64,000 nucleotides of DNA from the NCBI GenBank assembly GCA_947305675.1, contig CAMZED010000001.1, positions 1,589-65,588 of the forward strand, written 5' to 3'. Of this stretch, positions 7,436-16,956 are shown piece by piece; positions within the stretch are counted from its first letter, which is position 1, and each line of letters opens with the position of its first letter. This stretch comes from an uncultured Clostridia bacterium (lineage in GTDB: Bacteria > Bacillota > Clostridia > Oscillospirales > CAG-382). The translations under genes were made by a program, and so were the position numbers. The notes beneath the pieces were generated by a model. It was not told the origin of the DNA and did no database searches. It was given only the letters and a program-made list of their open reading frames with translations.

Positions 7436-8467
7436 TCAGAAGCATTTTTTTGCTTTCGATTTTTTGCAATGCTCGATATTTCCGCACTGATAACAAAGTT
7501 CGTTATCGCAGATCTCGTTTTTGAAGAACTCCTCGATATTGTTCGCCGTCGTCTCGGCAATATTTGCCAAAGCCTCTTCGGTAAGGAACGCCTGGTGCGA
7601 GGTGACTATTACGTTCGGCATCGATATAAGCCTTGCAAGCGTATCGTCGTTGATTATATGACCCGAATAATCGTTGAAGAAGATATCCGATTCCTCTTCG
7701 TAAACGTCAAGACAGGCGGCGCCGATCCGGCGGGATTTTATCCCGTCAAGCAGCGCCTCGGAATCGATAAGCGCCCCGCGTGAGGTGTTTATTATAACGA
7801 CTCCCTTGCGCAGAGTTCCGATCGTTTCGGCGTTGAGCATATGAAAACTCTCGTCGGTGAGCGGGCAGTGGAACGAGATTATATCGCTGTTTTCAAAAAG
7901 TTCTTCCTTGCTGACGTAATCGATCCCGCTCCCTTCGGCGGGGAACTTGTCATAGGCGATGACCTTCATCCCGAACCCGCGGCAGATATCGATAAACACC
8001 CTGCCGATCCTTCCGGTGCCGACGACGCCGACGGTTTTCCCGTGAAGGTCGAACCCCGCGAGCCCCGAAAGTGAAAAATTGAAATCGCGCGTGCGGTTAT
8101 AGGCTTTGTGGATCCGGCGGATCGAGGTCAGCAGCAAAGCCATGGCGTGTTCAGCAACGGCGTAAGGCGAATAAGCCGGAACGTGAACTACGTGTATCTT
8201 TTTATAGGCGTATTTTACGTCGACGTTGTTATATCCGGCACAGCGCAGCGCGACAAGTTTTACGCCGTAGACGCAAAGCTTGTCGATGACCGGCGCCGAT
8301 ACGTCGTCGTTGACGAAAACGCAGACCGCGTCGCACCCTTTTGCAAGCTCGGCGGTGTTTACGTTGAGTTTCGTGTCGTAATACACCGGCTCGAACCCGT
8401 GCGCGGCAGCAGCTATGTCAAAATGGGGTTTATCGTAATTTTTAGTGTCAAAAAAAGCGATCTTCAA
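7436..8467 (-). CDS. ldhA: D-isomer-specific 2-hydroxyacid dehydrogenase (D-lactate dehydrogenase-like)
   Basis: MKIAFFDTKNYD.. start, NAD-binding VGVVGTGRIGRV, and catalytic-region pattern typical of D-LDH. Carries an extra Cys-rich C-terminal tail. Confidence 0.8.
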   Translation of the reverse strand: MKIAFFDTKNYDKPHFDIAAAAHGFEPVYYDTKLNVNTAELAKGCDAVCVFVNDDVSAPVIDKLCVYGVKLVALRCAGYNNVDVKYAYKKIHVVHVPAYSPYAVAEHAMALLLTSIRRIHKAYNRTRDFNFSLSGLAGFDLHGKTVGVVGTGRIGRVFIDICRGFGMKVIAYDKFPAEGSGIDYVSKEELFENSDIISFHCPLTDESFHMLNAETIGTLRKGVVIINTSRGALIDSEALLDGIKSRRIGAACLDVYEEESDIFFNDYSGHIINDDTLARLISMPNVIVTSHQAFLTEEALANIAETTANNIEEFFKNEICDNELCYQCGNIEHCKKSKAKKCF

Positions 8468-8533
8468 ATCTGCCTCCGTTTGTCAACTCCCCGGAAAATA
8501 ACATAAGATGTTACTGTACGGGAGTGTGAAATA

Positions 8534-9322
8534 ATGGATAAAATTGTAATAACCGGTATTTTATTGCCGTTTGCCGGCACGGCGCTCGGTGCCGCGTGCG
8601 TGTTTTTTATGAAAAAAGGCGTCGGGAAAAAGCTGCAGGACGCGCTCGCCGGATCAGCCGCCGGGGTAATGGTCGCCGCGGCGGTGTGGAGCCTTATGCT
8701 CCCCGCGCTTGAATCGGCGCCGGAAGGTTCGGGCAAACTTGCGGCGTTTATCCCCGCCGGTGCGGGTTTCATCGCCGGGACGGGATCGCTTTTGCTGCTC
8801 GATTTTATGATCCCGCGGATCGAAAACCGCGCCCTGCGCGGCAAGATAGGCGACGGGCGCGAAAAAAGCACAAAACTTATGATACTCGCGGTGACTCTGC
8901 ACAACTTTCCCGAAGGGCTTGCCGTCGGCGTCGCGCTGGCGGGATATCTCGACGGGAACCTCGGAGTGAGCTCCGCTTCGGTCGCGGCGCTGGCTTTCGG
9001 GATAGCGGTGCAGAACTTTCCCGAAGGGGCGATCGTTTCGCTTCCGCTGCGCGGGGCGGGAAGATCGAAAAGCCGGTCATTCCTCGCGGGGGCGGCTTCG
9101 GGCGCCGTCGAGCCGCTCGGCGCGGTGATAACGCTTGCCGCGGCGCACTTTATTACTCCTGCGATGCCGTTTTTGCTGTGCTACGCGGCGGGCGCGATGA
9201 TATACGTCGTCGTCGAGGAACTGGTTCCCCAGTTCGCCCGGGGCGATGGCGCGCACCCCGGCACCGCGGCGTTTGCCGCCGGGTTTACGCTTATGATGGC
9301 GCTTGACGTTATGCTGGGCTGA
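8534..9322 (+). CDS. ZIP-family divalent metal transporter (ZupT-like)
   Basis: Polytopic membrane protein with two copies of the HNFPEG / QNFPEG ZIP signature. Confidence 0.8.
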   Translation: MDKIVITGILLPFAGTALGAACVFFMKKGVGKKLQDALAGSAAGVMVAAAVWSLMLPALESAPEGSGKLAAFIPAGAGFIAGTGSLLLLDFMIPRIENRALRGKIGDGREKSTKLMILAVTLHNFPEGLAVGVALAGYLDGNLGVSSASVAALAFGIAVQNFPEGAIVSLPLRGAGRSKSRSFLAGAASGAVEPLGAVITLAAAHFITPAMPFLLCYAAGAMIYVVVEELVPQFARGDGAHPGTAAFAAGFTLMMALDVMLG

Positions 9323-9820
9323 TCAGTCCCCGAGTTCGTCGGCGATTATCTCGTCGATGGCTTCCTCGGCGGCTTCCTCGGCTTTTTTAGCCGCTTTCTT
9401 TTCGCGGCGTTCGGCGACGAATTCCTTTACTTTTTCGATAATGTCGGGGGCTTTGGTTATAAGTCCGTCGATCCCGTCGAGCGTTTTGTTTACCGCGTCT
9501 TTGGGTTCGCCGTAAGACGAAGGATCCGAAAGGCTTATAAGCCTTACCTTACCCTGCTCGACCACGATGAATCCCTGGGGAGAAACGCTTACGCCCGCGC
9601 CGTTGCCGCCGGCAAAATAAGCGTCGCCGTCGGGACGGGGGTTCTTGCCGCCGAACTCGCTCCCTCCCGAGGCGAACCCCACGCTGACTTTTGAAAAAGG
9701 TATAACGGTGACTTCACCGGGCAGATTGATCGGTTCACCTATAACGGTGTTTACGTCGGCGACAGAGCCGATTTTTGAAAGGGCTGCGTCAATAATTTGT
9801 TTTAACGGCATTTCACTCAT
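9323..9820 (-). CDS. ytfJ: GerW/YtfJ-family sporulation protein
   Basis: VIGEPINLPGEVTVIPFSKVSVGFASGGSEFGG is typical YtfJ. Has an acidic helical C-terminal extension. Confidence 0.75.
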   Translation of the reverse strand: MSEMPLKQIIDAALSKIGSVADVNTVIGEPINLPGEVTVIPFSKVSVGFASGGSEFGGKNPRPDGDAYFAGGNGAGVSVSPQGFIVVEQGKVRLISLSDPSSYGEPKDAVNKTLDGIDGLITKAPDIIEKVKEFVAERREKKAAKKAEEAAEEAIDEIIADELGD

Positions 9821-10499
9821 GATTTTCTTCTCCTTTATCCGATTCGTTTCTTTTATTCTTTGTTTCTTCGGGCTTTTCTTTCCAAAGCGATCTTATTCTT
9901 TTATATCCGCGCCACGCCAACAAAAGCGCGATCAGAAGTTTTAACGGCACGACGGATATCCTAATGTCGGCAAACAGCTCGAACCTTTCGGCGACAAAAT
10001 CCGGTTCTACAAGAAAATCGACGCTGCCTTTCCGCTTCGAACGCCTTTTGAGCGACTTTAATAAAACGAACAGGTTCCCCGCCGCGCCGCTCACCGCACC
10101 GTAGATGACGGCGGTTTTTGCCGGGTCGTCGGAAGCCACAAGGCATTTGAAGACGGCTTTTTCGAGCCGCGCGCTCTTCCCGAACCTTGAAAGCACCTTT
10201 TTGAATACTTCCGAAGCGACCGGGACAAGTTCCCCGACCGAAGGCGATTCGAGTTCTTCTTTGTCTTTTCGGGACGTATCTTCTTTTTCTTTTACCCGCT
10301 CCTTCGGCTTTTTCGGGGCGGCGGTCTTTGCCTTTTCGCCCGGGACGGCTTTGAAAAGCGTCTTTTTGAAAAGCAGATACTTTATTTTTACTTCAAACAC
10401 ACCGTTATATACCAGCGACGCTTTTATCGGCAAAAGCAGCAGCAAAAGCAGAAAAGCGAAAACGCCGAGTATGCCGAGTATAATATAAAGCGCCGCCAC
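9813..10499 (-). CDS. DUF2953/YtfI-like membrane protein
   Basis: N-terminal TM segment, Lys/Glu-rich linker, and the usual position upstream of ytfJ. Confidence 0.6.
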   Translation of the reverse strand: MAALYIILGILGVFAFLLLLLLLPIKASLVYNGVFEVKIKYLLFKKTLFKAVPGEKAKTAAPKKPKERVKEKEDTSRKDKEELESPSVGELVPVASEVFKKVLSRFGKSARLEKAVFKCLVASDDPAKTAVIYGAVSGAAGNLFVLLKSLKRRSKRKGSVDFLVEPDFVAERFELFADIRISVVPLKLLIALLLAWRGYKRIRSLWKEKPEETKNKRNESDKGEENHE

Positions 10500-11092
10500 T
10501 ATACAGCCTCCCCGCCGGGGTCGGGCTCGCCGGATTCGCCGGGCGACAGTTCAAGCGAAAGTTGTTCGCTCGTCAAAGCCAGGTCGGTCTTCGGGAGGTC
10601 TTCGATCCTTTCCAGCCCGAAGCAGCGCAGGAACGCGTCGGTCGTGCCGAACAGGATCGGCCTGCCGGGTGCGTCGAGCGTGCCGCGCTCGGCGATAAGC
10701 CCCTTTTCGACCAGCGAAGAAACGATGGACGAGCTGTCGACTCCGCGTACCATCTCGATAAAAGACCGGGTCACCGGCTGGTTGTAGGCGACTATCGCCA
10801 GAACCTCGAGCGCCGCGCGTGAAAGCGGCGGGGTCTTGCGCATTTCAAGCCCTTTTTTCACATAATCCGCCACAAAAGCCTTTGTGCAAAGCTGATAAGC
10901 GTCCTCGACGGTTATTAACGTTATCCCGCTCGTGCGGTCGTCGGAATATTTTTCTTTAAGGACGGCAGCCGCCTCGCGCAGGCCGTCGGGATCGACTTCC
11001 AATATCTCGCAAAGGCGGTCGAAAGTCACCGGGCTGCCGCAGGCGAACAGTACCGCTTCGAGTGCGGCGGGAGTCTCTTTATTTATACTCAT
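10499..11092 (-). CDS. scpB: segregation and condensation protein B
   Basis: ALEAVLFACGSPVT..LSRAALEVLAIVAYNQPVTRSFIEMVRGVDS. Follows scpA. Confidence 0.9.
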   Translation of the reverse strand: MSINKETPAALEAVLFACGSPVTFDRLCEILEVDPDGLREAAAVLKEKYSDDRTSGITLITVEDAYQLCTKAFVADYVKKGLEMRKTPPLSRAALEVLAIVAYNQPVTRSFIEMVRGVDSSSIVSSLVEKGLIAERGTLDAPGRPILFGTTDAFLRCFGLERIEDLPKTDLALTSEQLSLELSPGESGEPDPGGEAV

Positions 11093-11840
11093 CGTATTCC
11101 TCCGCGCTTTCGTATCTCGCGGCGCCGTCGGCGCCGAGCGAAAGCTTTATATCGTCATTCTCGTCACGTTCGACGTCGATTATTCCGTCACGCACGCATT
11201 CGAGCAAAGCGAGGAACACCGCCACCGCTTCCGACCGGCTGCGGACCCTTATAAACAGTTCGTCGAACCGGCAGGTCCCGACTTGTTCAAGCCTGGATAT
11301 GAGCGCCGACGTCTTTTCCGCCACCGAATAATAGCGTTCCTCTATCTTTTTGAAAAGTTCGGGTTCGGATTCGTTCCGCTTCAGCGCGATCCTGTCGGCA
11401 ATACGCAGGAACGCCTCGGTCAGAAGGTTTACCGCGTGCCCGCGCGAATAATCGCCCTTCGGCGGTTCGTCGGCGGGTTTTGTGAAAGTGTCGAAATGCC
11501 CGGCGCTTTGCACGCGCAAAAACTCTGCCGCGATCTTGGCGCGCCGGTGCTCGAGGAGCGCGTCGACCAGCGGGGCGCGCGGATCTTCGTCCTTTTCGTC
11601 GCGCGGGAGGAGCATACGGCTTTTTATAAGCATAAGCTCCGCCGCCATAACGATGAACTCCGAAGCGACTTCCATATCGAGTTCGCGCATCGCGTCGAGA
11701 TAAGCCGCGTACTGGTCGGCTATCTCGGATATGGGGATATCGAAAATATCGATCTTATGCTTGGCAATAAGCGCCAACAGCAGGTCGAGAGGTCCTTCAT
11801 ACTGTTCGATCTTTAAATTTACATTTTCCACAAACGCCAC
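11079..11840 (-). CDS. scpA: segregation and condensation protein A
   Basis: YEGPLDLLLALIAKHKIDIFDIPISEIADQY is the kleisin N-terminus. Confidence 0.9.
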   Translation of the reverse strand: MAFVENVNLKIEQYEGPLDLLLALIAKHKIDIFDIPISEIADQYAAYLDAMRELDMEVASEFIVMAAELMLIKSRMLLPRDEKDEDPRAPLVDALLEHRRAKIAAEFLRVQSAGHFDTFTKPADEPPKGDYSRGHAVNLLTEAFLRIADRIALKRNESEPELFKKIEERYYSVAEKTSALISRLEQVGTCRFDELFIRVRSRSEAVAVFLALLECVRDGIIDVERDENDDIKLSLGADGAARYESAEEYDEYK

Positions 11841-11844
11841 CGTA

Positions 11845-12543
11845 TTATCCGAATATCATAAACCAGAACCCGGTGAACCCCGTTGTGATCACCGAACGGA
11901 GCGCGTCGATCGGATAGAATATTACCGAACTGAGCGCGGGGATCCAGGTCGCGGCGACGAGGACGAGGAACAAATAACGGGAATAATAACGCAGTTTTGC
12001 ATATTTTGCGGCGATATGGCCGGGAAGCAGGCATATAAGGATGTTGGAGCCGTCGAGCGGAGGGATCGGGATAAGGTTGAACAGCCCGAGTCCAACGTTT
12101 ATAAGCACGGCGTAATAGAAAAAGTTGACGAGCGCGACCCCGGCTGTCGTCTCAAAAAGCGATTCCGGCGCGAAGACGCAGACGATCGCATAGAACATCG
12201 CGCACAAAAAGGCGAGCACAAAGTTGCTTAACGGCCCGGCGGCGGATACCAGCGCGAGATCGCGGCGCGGTTTTTTGAAGTTGCGCGTCATGACCGGGAC
12301 GGGTTTGGCGTAGCCGACGCCGAGGAATAAAAGCAAAAGCAAGCCGACCGGTTCGATATGCCTTAACGGATTGAGCGAAAGCCTGCCGTCGGCTTTGGCG
12401 GTATAATCCCCCAGTTTATAAGCAGTGAATCCGTGAGCGAACTCGTGCACGGTGAGCGAGATGAGCACCACCGCCATCCAGATGATCGCAAATATGAGTT
12501 TTTCGCCGATCGACATATCGGCAAACAGTATTCTTGTAAGCAT
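11845..12543 (-). CDS. site-2 protease family (M50) membrane metalloprotease
   Basis: HEFAHG zinc motif in a TM helix, and a later NLIPIPPLDG motif. Confidence 0.8.
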   Translation of the reverse strand: MLTRILFADMSIGEKLIFAIIWMAVVLISLTVHEFAHGFTAYKLGDYTAKADGRLSLNPLRHIEPVGLLLLLFLGVGYAKPVPVMTRNFKKPRRDLALVSAAGPLSNFVLAFLCAMFYAIVCVFAPESLFETTAGVALVNFFYYAVLINVGLGLFNLIPIPPLDGSNILICLLPGHIAAKYAKLRYYSRYLFLVLVAATWIPALSSVIFYPIDALRSVITTGFTGFWFMIFG

Positions 12544-12629
12544 TTTTGCCGTCCTTTGATGACTTTGTTATATTACAACAACTTATTATATACTATCCGT
12601 TTTGGCTTTTCAAGTGGGAATTTTAATAA

Positions 12630-12658
12630 TTGACAGAACCGTAAAGATATGTTAATAT
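12630..12658 (+). promoter_or_regulatory. sigma-A promoter of nusB-xseA
   Basis: TTGACA (12630-12635), 17 nt, TGT-TAATAT (12653-12658). Confidence 0.6.
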
Positions 12659-12702
12659 ATAGCTTGTATTATTATATATGATCTTGCAGAGGTTTTGCTT
12701 TT

Positions 12703-13155
12703 ATGACAAGAAGAGAATCACGGGAAGCGGCAATGAGCCTTGTTTTCGAGCAGGGGTTCGACGTCACCCGTTCCCCCGAAGAAATAATAAATACCGCCGT
12801 CGAGGAGCGCGGCGAACCCCGTCCGAGCAAATTCGCTCGCGAACTTTTCGAATCGGTCAGCGAAAACATGGGCGATCTTGACGAAAAGATATCGCGCGCG
12901 GCTGAAAACTGGCGCATCGACAGGATCGGAAAGGTAACGCTGGCGATCCTTCGGCTTGCGGCGGCTGAACTTGAATTTTTTCCCGGGATCCCCATAGAGA
13001 CGACGGTCAACGAAGCGCTCGAGATCGCCAGAAAATACGACGACGAAAAATCCGTCCCGTTTATAAACGGCGTGCTCGGCAAACTTGCCGCGGGGCTTGA
13101 AAAGCCGCTTGCCGCCAAAAAGCCGGAACGGCGGGAAGAGGGCGGAGCGCAATGA
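12703..13155 (+). CDS. nusB: transcription antitermination factor NusB
   Basis: MTRRESREAAMSLVFE..RIDRIGKVTLAILRLAAAEL..NEALEIARKY...FINGVLGKL. Confidence 0.9.
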   Translation: MTRRESREAAMSLVFEQGFDVTRSPEEIINTAVEERGEPRPSKFARELFESVSENMGDLDEKISRAAENWRIDRIGKVTLAILRLAAAELEFFPGIPIETTVNEALEIARKYDDEKSVPFINGVLGKLAAGLEKPLAAKKPERREEGGAQ

Positions 13156-14348
13156 ACGCCGAACGCACGGCGCTTACCGTCGAACAGCTGAACACATATA
13201 TAAAAGACTATCTCGGCTCTTCGCCGCTGCTTGCCGACGTTACGGTAAAAGGCGAACTTTCGAACGTTCGCGTTTACGGCGGGAGCGGACACATATATTT
13301 TACCCTGAAAGACGAAAAATCAGCCGTCCCGGCGACAATGTTCGGCGGCGCTTCGAAGCTGGAATTCACTCCCGAAAACGGGATGAAGGTCGTCTGCCGC
13401 GGGCGCGTGGCGGTTTTCGTGCGCGACGGGCAATACCGCCTTTATGCCGAAAGCATGGAACCCGATGGCGCCGGATCGCTGTTTATCGCTTTTGAACAGC
13501 TTAAAGCGAAGCTCGAAAAAGAGGGGCTTTTCGATCCCGCCCGCAAAAAGAAGATCCCGAAAATACCTTTTTCGGTCGGGGTGATAACCGCTCCCGGCGG
13601 CGCCGCGGTAAGGGATATGATAAACGTCACACACCGCAGGTTCCCCGCCGCGAAGATATATCTTTTCCCTTCGCAGGTGCAGGGTCCGTCGGCTCCGGCG
13701 CAGCTTATAAACGCCGTCCGCACGCTTGACTCTTCCGGCATCTGCGACGTAATAATCATCGGGCGCGGCGGCGGCAGCACCGAGGATCTCTGGTGCTTTA
13801 ACGACGAATCGCTTGCCCGCGCGGTGTTCGAATGCCGCACCCCGATCATATCGGCGGTCGGTCACGAAACCGATTTTACCATCTGCGATTTTGTCGCGGA
13901 TCTTCGCGCGCCGACTCCTTCGGCGGCGGCTGAGCTTGCCGTCCCCGAGGCGGCGACGCTTATCCGCCAATTTGAAAACGTGCGTGCAAGGATGGCGCTC
14001 CACCTGAACAACAACACCCGCTATGCGCGCCAGCGGCTCGAAACGCTTACAAAACGCCCGGTGCTTCAAAGCCCGCGGGCATATTTCGACGAACGCCGTA
14101 TGGCTGTCGCACGCGGGGAAGAGCGGCTTACCGCCGCCGTGGAAAATCGTCTCGAACGCGAAAAAATGCGGTTTGGCGTCAAGCGCGAAAAACTTGCGAG
14201 CCTTGATCCGCTCGCCGTGCTGGGGCGCGGGTTCGCGGTGGCTTTTGACAAAGACGGCAAAGCGCTCCGGTCGGTTTCCCAACTGCCGCCGGGCAGGGAT
14301 TTTACGCTTAGATTAAGCGACGGTACAGTAGACGCCACGGCAAAATAG
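13152..14348 (+). CDS. xseA: exodeoxyribonuclease VII large subunit
   Basis: LTVEQLNTYIKDYL..GELSNVRVYGGSGHIYFTLKDE..IIIGRGGGSTEDLWCFNDE..ISAVGHETD. Confidence 0.9.
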   Translation: MNAERTALTVEQLNTYIKDYLGSSPLLADVTVKGELSNVRVYGGSGHIYFTLKDEKSAVPATMFGGASKLEFTPENGMKVVCRGRVAVFVRDGQYRLYAESMEPDGAGSLFIAFEQLKAKLEKEGLFDPARKKKIPKIPFSVGVITAPGGAAVRDMINVTHRRFPAAKIYLFPSQVQGPSAPAQLINAVRTLDSSGICDVIIIGRGGGSTEDLWCFNDESLARAVFECRTPIISAVGHETDFTICDFVADLRAPTPSAAAELAVPEAATLIRQFENVRARMALHLNNNTRYARQRLETLTKRPVLQSPRAYFDERRMAVARGEERLTAAVENRLEREKMRFGVKREKLASLDPLAVLGRGFAVAFDKDGKALRSVSQLPPGRDFTLRLSDGTVDATAK

Positions 14349-14416
14349 CGCCCCGCGTTTGAAATAAATATCTGTTTATCCGCGGGGGGCTTGGTAAAGT
14401 TCCCGCAGGAGGGTTT

Positions 14417-15295
14417 ATGGCAACTATAATAAGAGCAATAACAAAAGACGGGTCCGCCCGTGCGACGGTCATCGACGCGCGCGACATCGTTCAGCGCGCC
14501 CGCGAGATACACAATACTTCACCGACGGCGACGGCGGCTTTGGGCAGAACGCTTATCGCCGCAAGCCTTACCGGGTCGCTTCTCGGCGAAAAAGAAGATC
14601 TGCTTACGATCCGGTTCAAGGGCGACGGCCCCGGCGGAGCGATCGTAGCCAGCGGCGACTGGCGCGGAAACGTGCGCGGATTCATTCAGAATCCGCGATG
14701 CGATCTTCCGCTGCGCCCGGACGGCAAACTGAACGTCGGCGGGTGCGTCGGAAAAGGCAACCTTTACGTCCTGCGCGATACCGGTGCCGCCGAACCTTAT
14801 ATCGGCGTTTCGGAGATACAGACCGGCGAGATCGGCGACGATATCGCCTATTACTACGCGACGAGCGAACAGGTCCCCACGGTTTGCGCTTTGGGAGTGC
14901 TTGTCGACGTGGATCTTTCGGTAAAACGCGCCGGCGGTGCTTTGGTTCAGCTTCTGCCTTTTGCCGACGACGCGGTCGCCGAAAAACTGGAATCGAACGC
15001 GCGCGGGATGCGCCCGGTGACCGAGATATTGCTTGACGGCACGCCGGAAGATATACTCGCCGCGGTGTTCGACGGGATCGAATACGATATATTCGACAGG
15101 ATCGAATGCGCGTATAAATGCGTTTGCAGCCGCGAAAAGACCGATGCCGCGCTTGTTTCGCTGGGCGAAAAGGAACTTTCGGATATGATCGCCTCCGGCG
15201 AGGACACGGTGATGTCCTGCGGGTTCTGCGACAAGACCTATAAATACACGAAAAGCGACCTTAAAGGGCTGCTTGCGAAGGCGATGAAGAAATGA
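14417..15295 (+). CDS. hslO: Hsp33-family redox-regulated chaperone
   Basis: Hsp33 N-terminal pattern plus the C-terminal zinc centre CVCS...CGFCDKTY. Confidence 0.85.
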   Translation: MATIIRAITKDGSARATVIDARDIVQRAREIHNTSPTATAALGRTLIAASLTGSLLGEKEDLLTIRFKGDGPGGAIVASGDWRGNVRGFIQNPRCDLPLRPDGKLNVGGCVGKGNLYVLRDTGAAEPYIGVSEIQTGEIGDDIAYYYATSEQVPTVCALGVLVDVDLSVKRAGGALVQLLPFADDAVAEKLESNARGMRPVTEILLDGTPEDILAAVFDGIEYDIFDRIECAYKCVCSREKTDAALVSLGEKELSDMIASGEDTVMSCGFCDKTYKYTKSDLKGLLAKAMKK

Positions 15296-16008
15296 AGAAA
15301 GACGTTCGCACCGTTCTGGTGACCGGCGGCGCAAGGGGCATCGGGGAAAGCATAAGCCGCGCTTTTTACGCCGAAGGATATAAAGTTGTGATCCATTGCG
15401 GCAAAAGCGTTCTCCGCGCGCGCGAGCTTTGCGCCGAAATGCCCGGCGCCGAGTATATCTGCGCCGACCTTTCGGTCCCGGAAGACGTCGCCCGGATCGC
15501 CGCGGAGCTGCCGGCGCCGGACGTTCTTGTGAACAACGCGGGGATCGCTCTGGTCTCGCCGTTCGACGCCGTAACCGCCGAAGAGGCGCGCAGGCTTTAC
15601 GCCACCGACCTTTTTGCTCCGGCGGAACTTGTCAGGGCGTTCGCGCCGGCGATGATAAGCCGCAAAAGCGGGTGTATTATAAATATCTCGTCGGTGTTCG
15701 GTAAAGTCGGCGGCAGCTGCGAAGTCGATTATTCCGCCGCGAAAGCCGGGCTGATCGGGCTTACGAAGGCGCTGGCGAAGGAACTCGGACCATCGGGCAT
15801 AAGAGTAAACTGCGTTTGCCCGGGGCTGATCGATACCGAGATGAACGACGACCTTTCGTTTGAGGACGTCGACCGTCTTACCGACGAAATACCGCTGTGC
15901 CGCATGGGGACGGCGGACGAGGTAGCCGGGGCGGTGCTGTTTCTGGCAAGCGAAAAGGCTTCTTATATAACCGGGGCGGCGCTGGACGTCGACGGCGGTT
16001 GGAAATAA
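15292..16008 (+). CDS. SDR-family oxidoreductase (FabG-like)
   Basis: VLVTGGARGIGESI, NNAG, and YSAAKAG catalytic motifs. Confidence 0.8.
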   Translation: MKKDVRTVLVTGGARGIGESISRAFYAEGYKVVIHCGKSVLRARELCAEMPGAEYICADLSVPEDVARIAAELPAPDVLVNNAGIALVSPFDAVTAEEARRLYATDLFAPAELVRAFAPAMISRKSGCIINISSVFGKVGGSCEVDYSAAKAGLIGLTKALAKELGPSGIRVNCVCPGLIDTEMNDDLSFEDVDRLTDEIPLCRMGTADEVAGAVLFLASEKASYITGAALDVDGGWK

Positions 16009-16028
16009 ACCGGGAAGGCGGCTTTTTT

Positions 16029-16493
16029 ATGGAACGGATCGCAAAGTTTTTAAAAGTTTCGAAAGAAGAATACAAAGGCGAGGGATACGACGAAATAATC
16101 CTTCCGCGCAGGGCGACTTCCGGTTCGGCGGGATACGATTTCTTCGCTCCTTATGATTTTTGCCTTGAAGCTGGCGGCGAAACCGTTATAGAAACCGGGA
16201 TCCGGGCAAAAATAGACGAGGGCTGGTTTCTTATGATCCTGCCGCGCTCGGGTTCGGGGTTCAAATACGGAGTGAGACTGGCAAACACCGCCGGGGTGAT
16301 CGATTCGGATTATTTCAACGCCGACAACGAAGGCCACATAAAAATAAAACTCATCGGCGGAAGCTCCGATTACAACGTAAAAAAAGGTTCGGCGTTCGCT
16401 CAGGCGATATTTATACCCTACGGAATAACCTGTGACGACGACTGCGGCGGACAGCGCCGCGGCGGGTTCGGATCGACCGATAAAAAAATATAA
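16029..16493 (+). CDS. dut: dUTP diphosphatase
   Basis: RRATSGSAGYDFFAP..LPRSGSGFKYGVRLANTAGVIDSDY..RRGGFGSTD. Start moved to ATG 16029; the longer ORF overlaps the SDR gene. Confidence 0.85.
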   Translation: MERIAKFLKVSKEEYKGEGYDEIILPRRATSGSAGYDFFAPYDFCLEAGGETVIETGIRAKIDEGWFLMILPRSGSGFKYGVRLANTAGVIDSDYFNADNEGHIKIKLIGGSSDYNVKKGSAFAQAIFIPYGITCDDDCGGQRRGGFGSTDKKI

Positions 16494-16510
16494 AAAACAG
16501 GAGTTTTTAT

Positions 16511-16810
16511 ATGATAACCACAAAACAGCGCGCATATCTGCGCGGGCTTGCAAATGCGATCGAACCGGCGACTCAGATCGGCAAAGGCGGTCTGGGCGAA
16601 AACGGGCTGAAAACCGTCGCAAACGCGCTTGAAGCTCACGAGCTTGTAAAACTGTCCGTGCTCGAGACCTGCCCCTCCCCCGCGAAAGAAATCATGGCCG
16701 AACTGTGCTCAAAGCTCGGCTGCGAACCGGTCCAGGTGATCGGCAGACGCGTGGTGATCTATCGCCGTTCGAGCAAAGAAGAGAACCGAAAAATAGTTTT
16801 ACCCCGCTGA
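16511..16810 (+). CDS. yhbY: YhbY-family (CRM domain) ribosome-assembly RNA-binding protein
   Basis: LTTKQRAYLRGLAN.. IQIGKGGL.. ELVKLSVL pattern. Confidence 0.85.
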   Translation: MITTKQRAYLRGLANAIEPATQIGKGGLGENGLKTVANALEAHELVKLSVLETCPSPAKEIMAELCSKLGCEPVQVIGRRVVIYRRSSKEENRKIVLPR

Positions 16811-16857
16811 AAACGCAAAAAAACGGGAAAATAACAATAAAATAACTGAAAAAACAC

Positions 16858-16886
16858 TTGATTTTTGAGTTTTTGCGTGTTATAAT
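16858..16886 (+). promoter_or_regulatory. sigma-A promoter of rplS
   Basis: TTGATT (16858-16863), 17 nt, TGT-TATAAT (16881-16886). Confidence 0.65.
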
Positions 16887-16956
16887 GAACTGCTAAATAT
16901 CGGGCGGTCCTCTGCGGCTCAGCAAGAACGCCACGAAGAAATCGGAGGTAAACGCT

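Noticed and set aside
15897-16028. 5' extensions of track ORFs (dut 15897, thrC 19941, metallophosphoesterase 21814, nagA 22626, yidD 41359, dnaA 43163, lipoprotein 7113, sigma 59648)
   Set aside because: The extensions overlap upstream genes or promoters, have aberrant composition and lack an RBS. Internal ATGs with a good Shine-Dalgarno give proteins that start where the families normally start.
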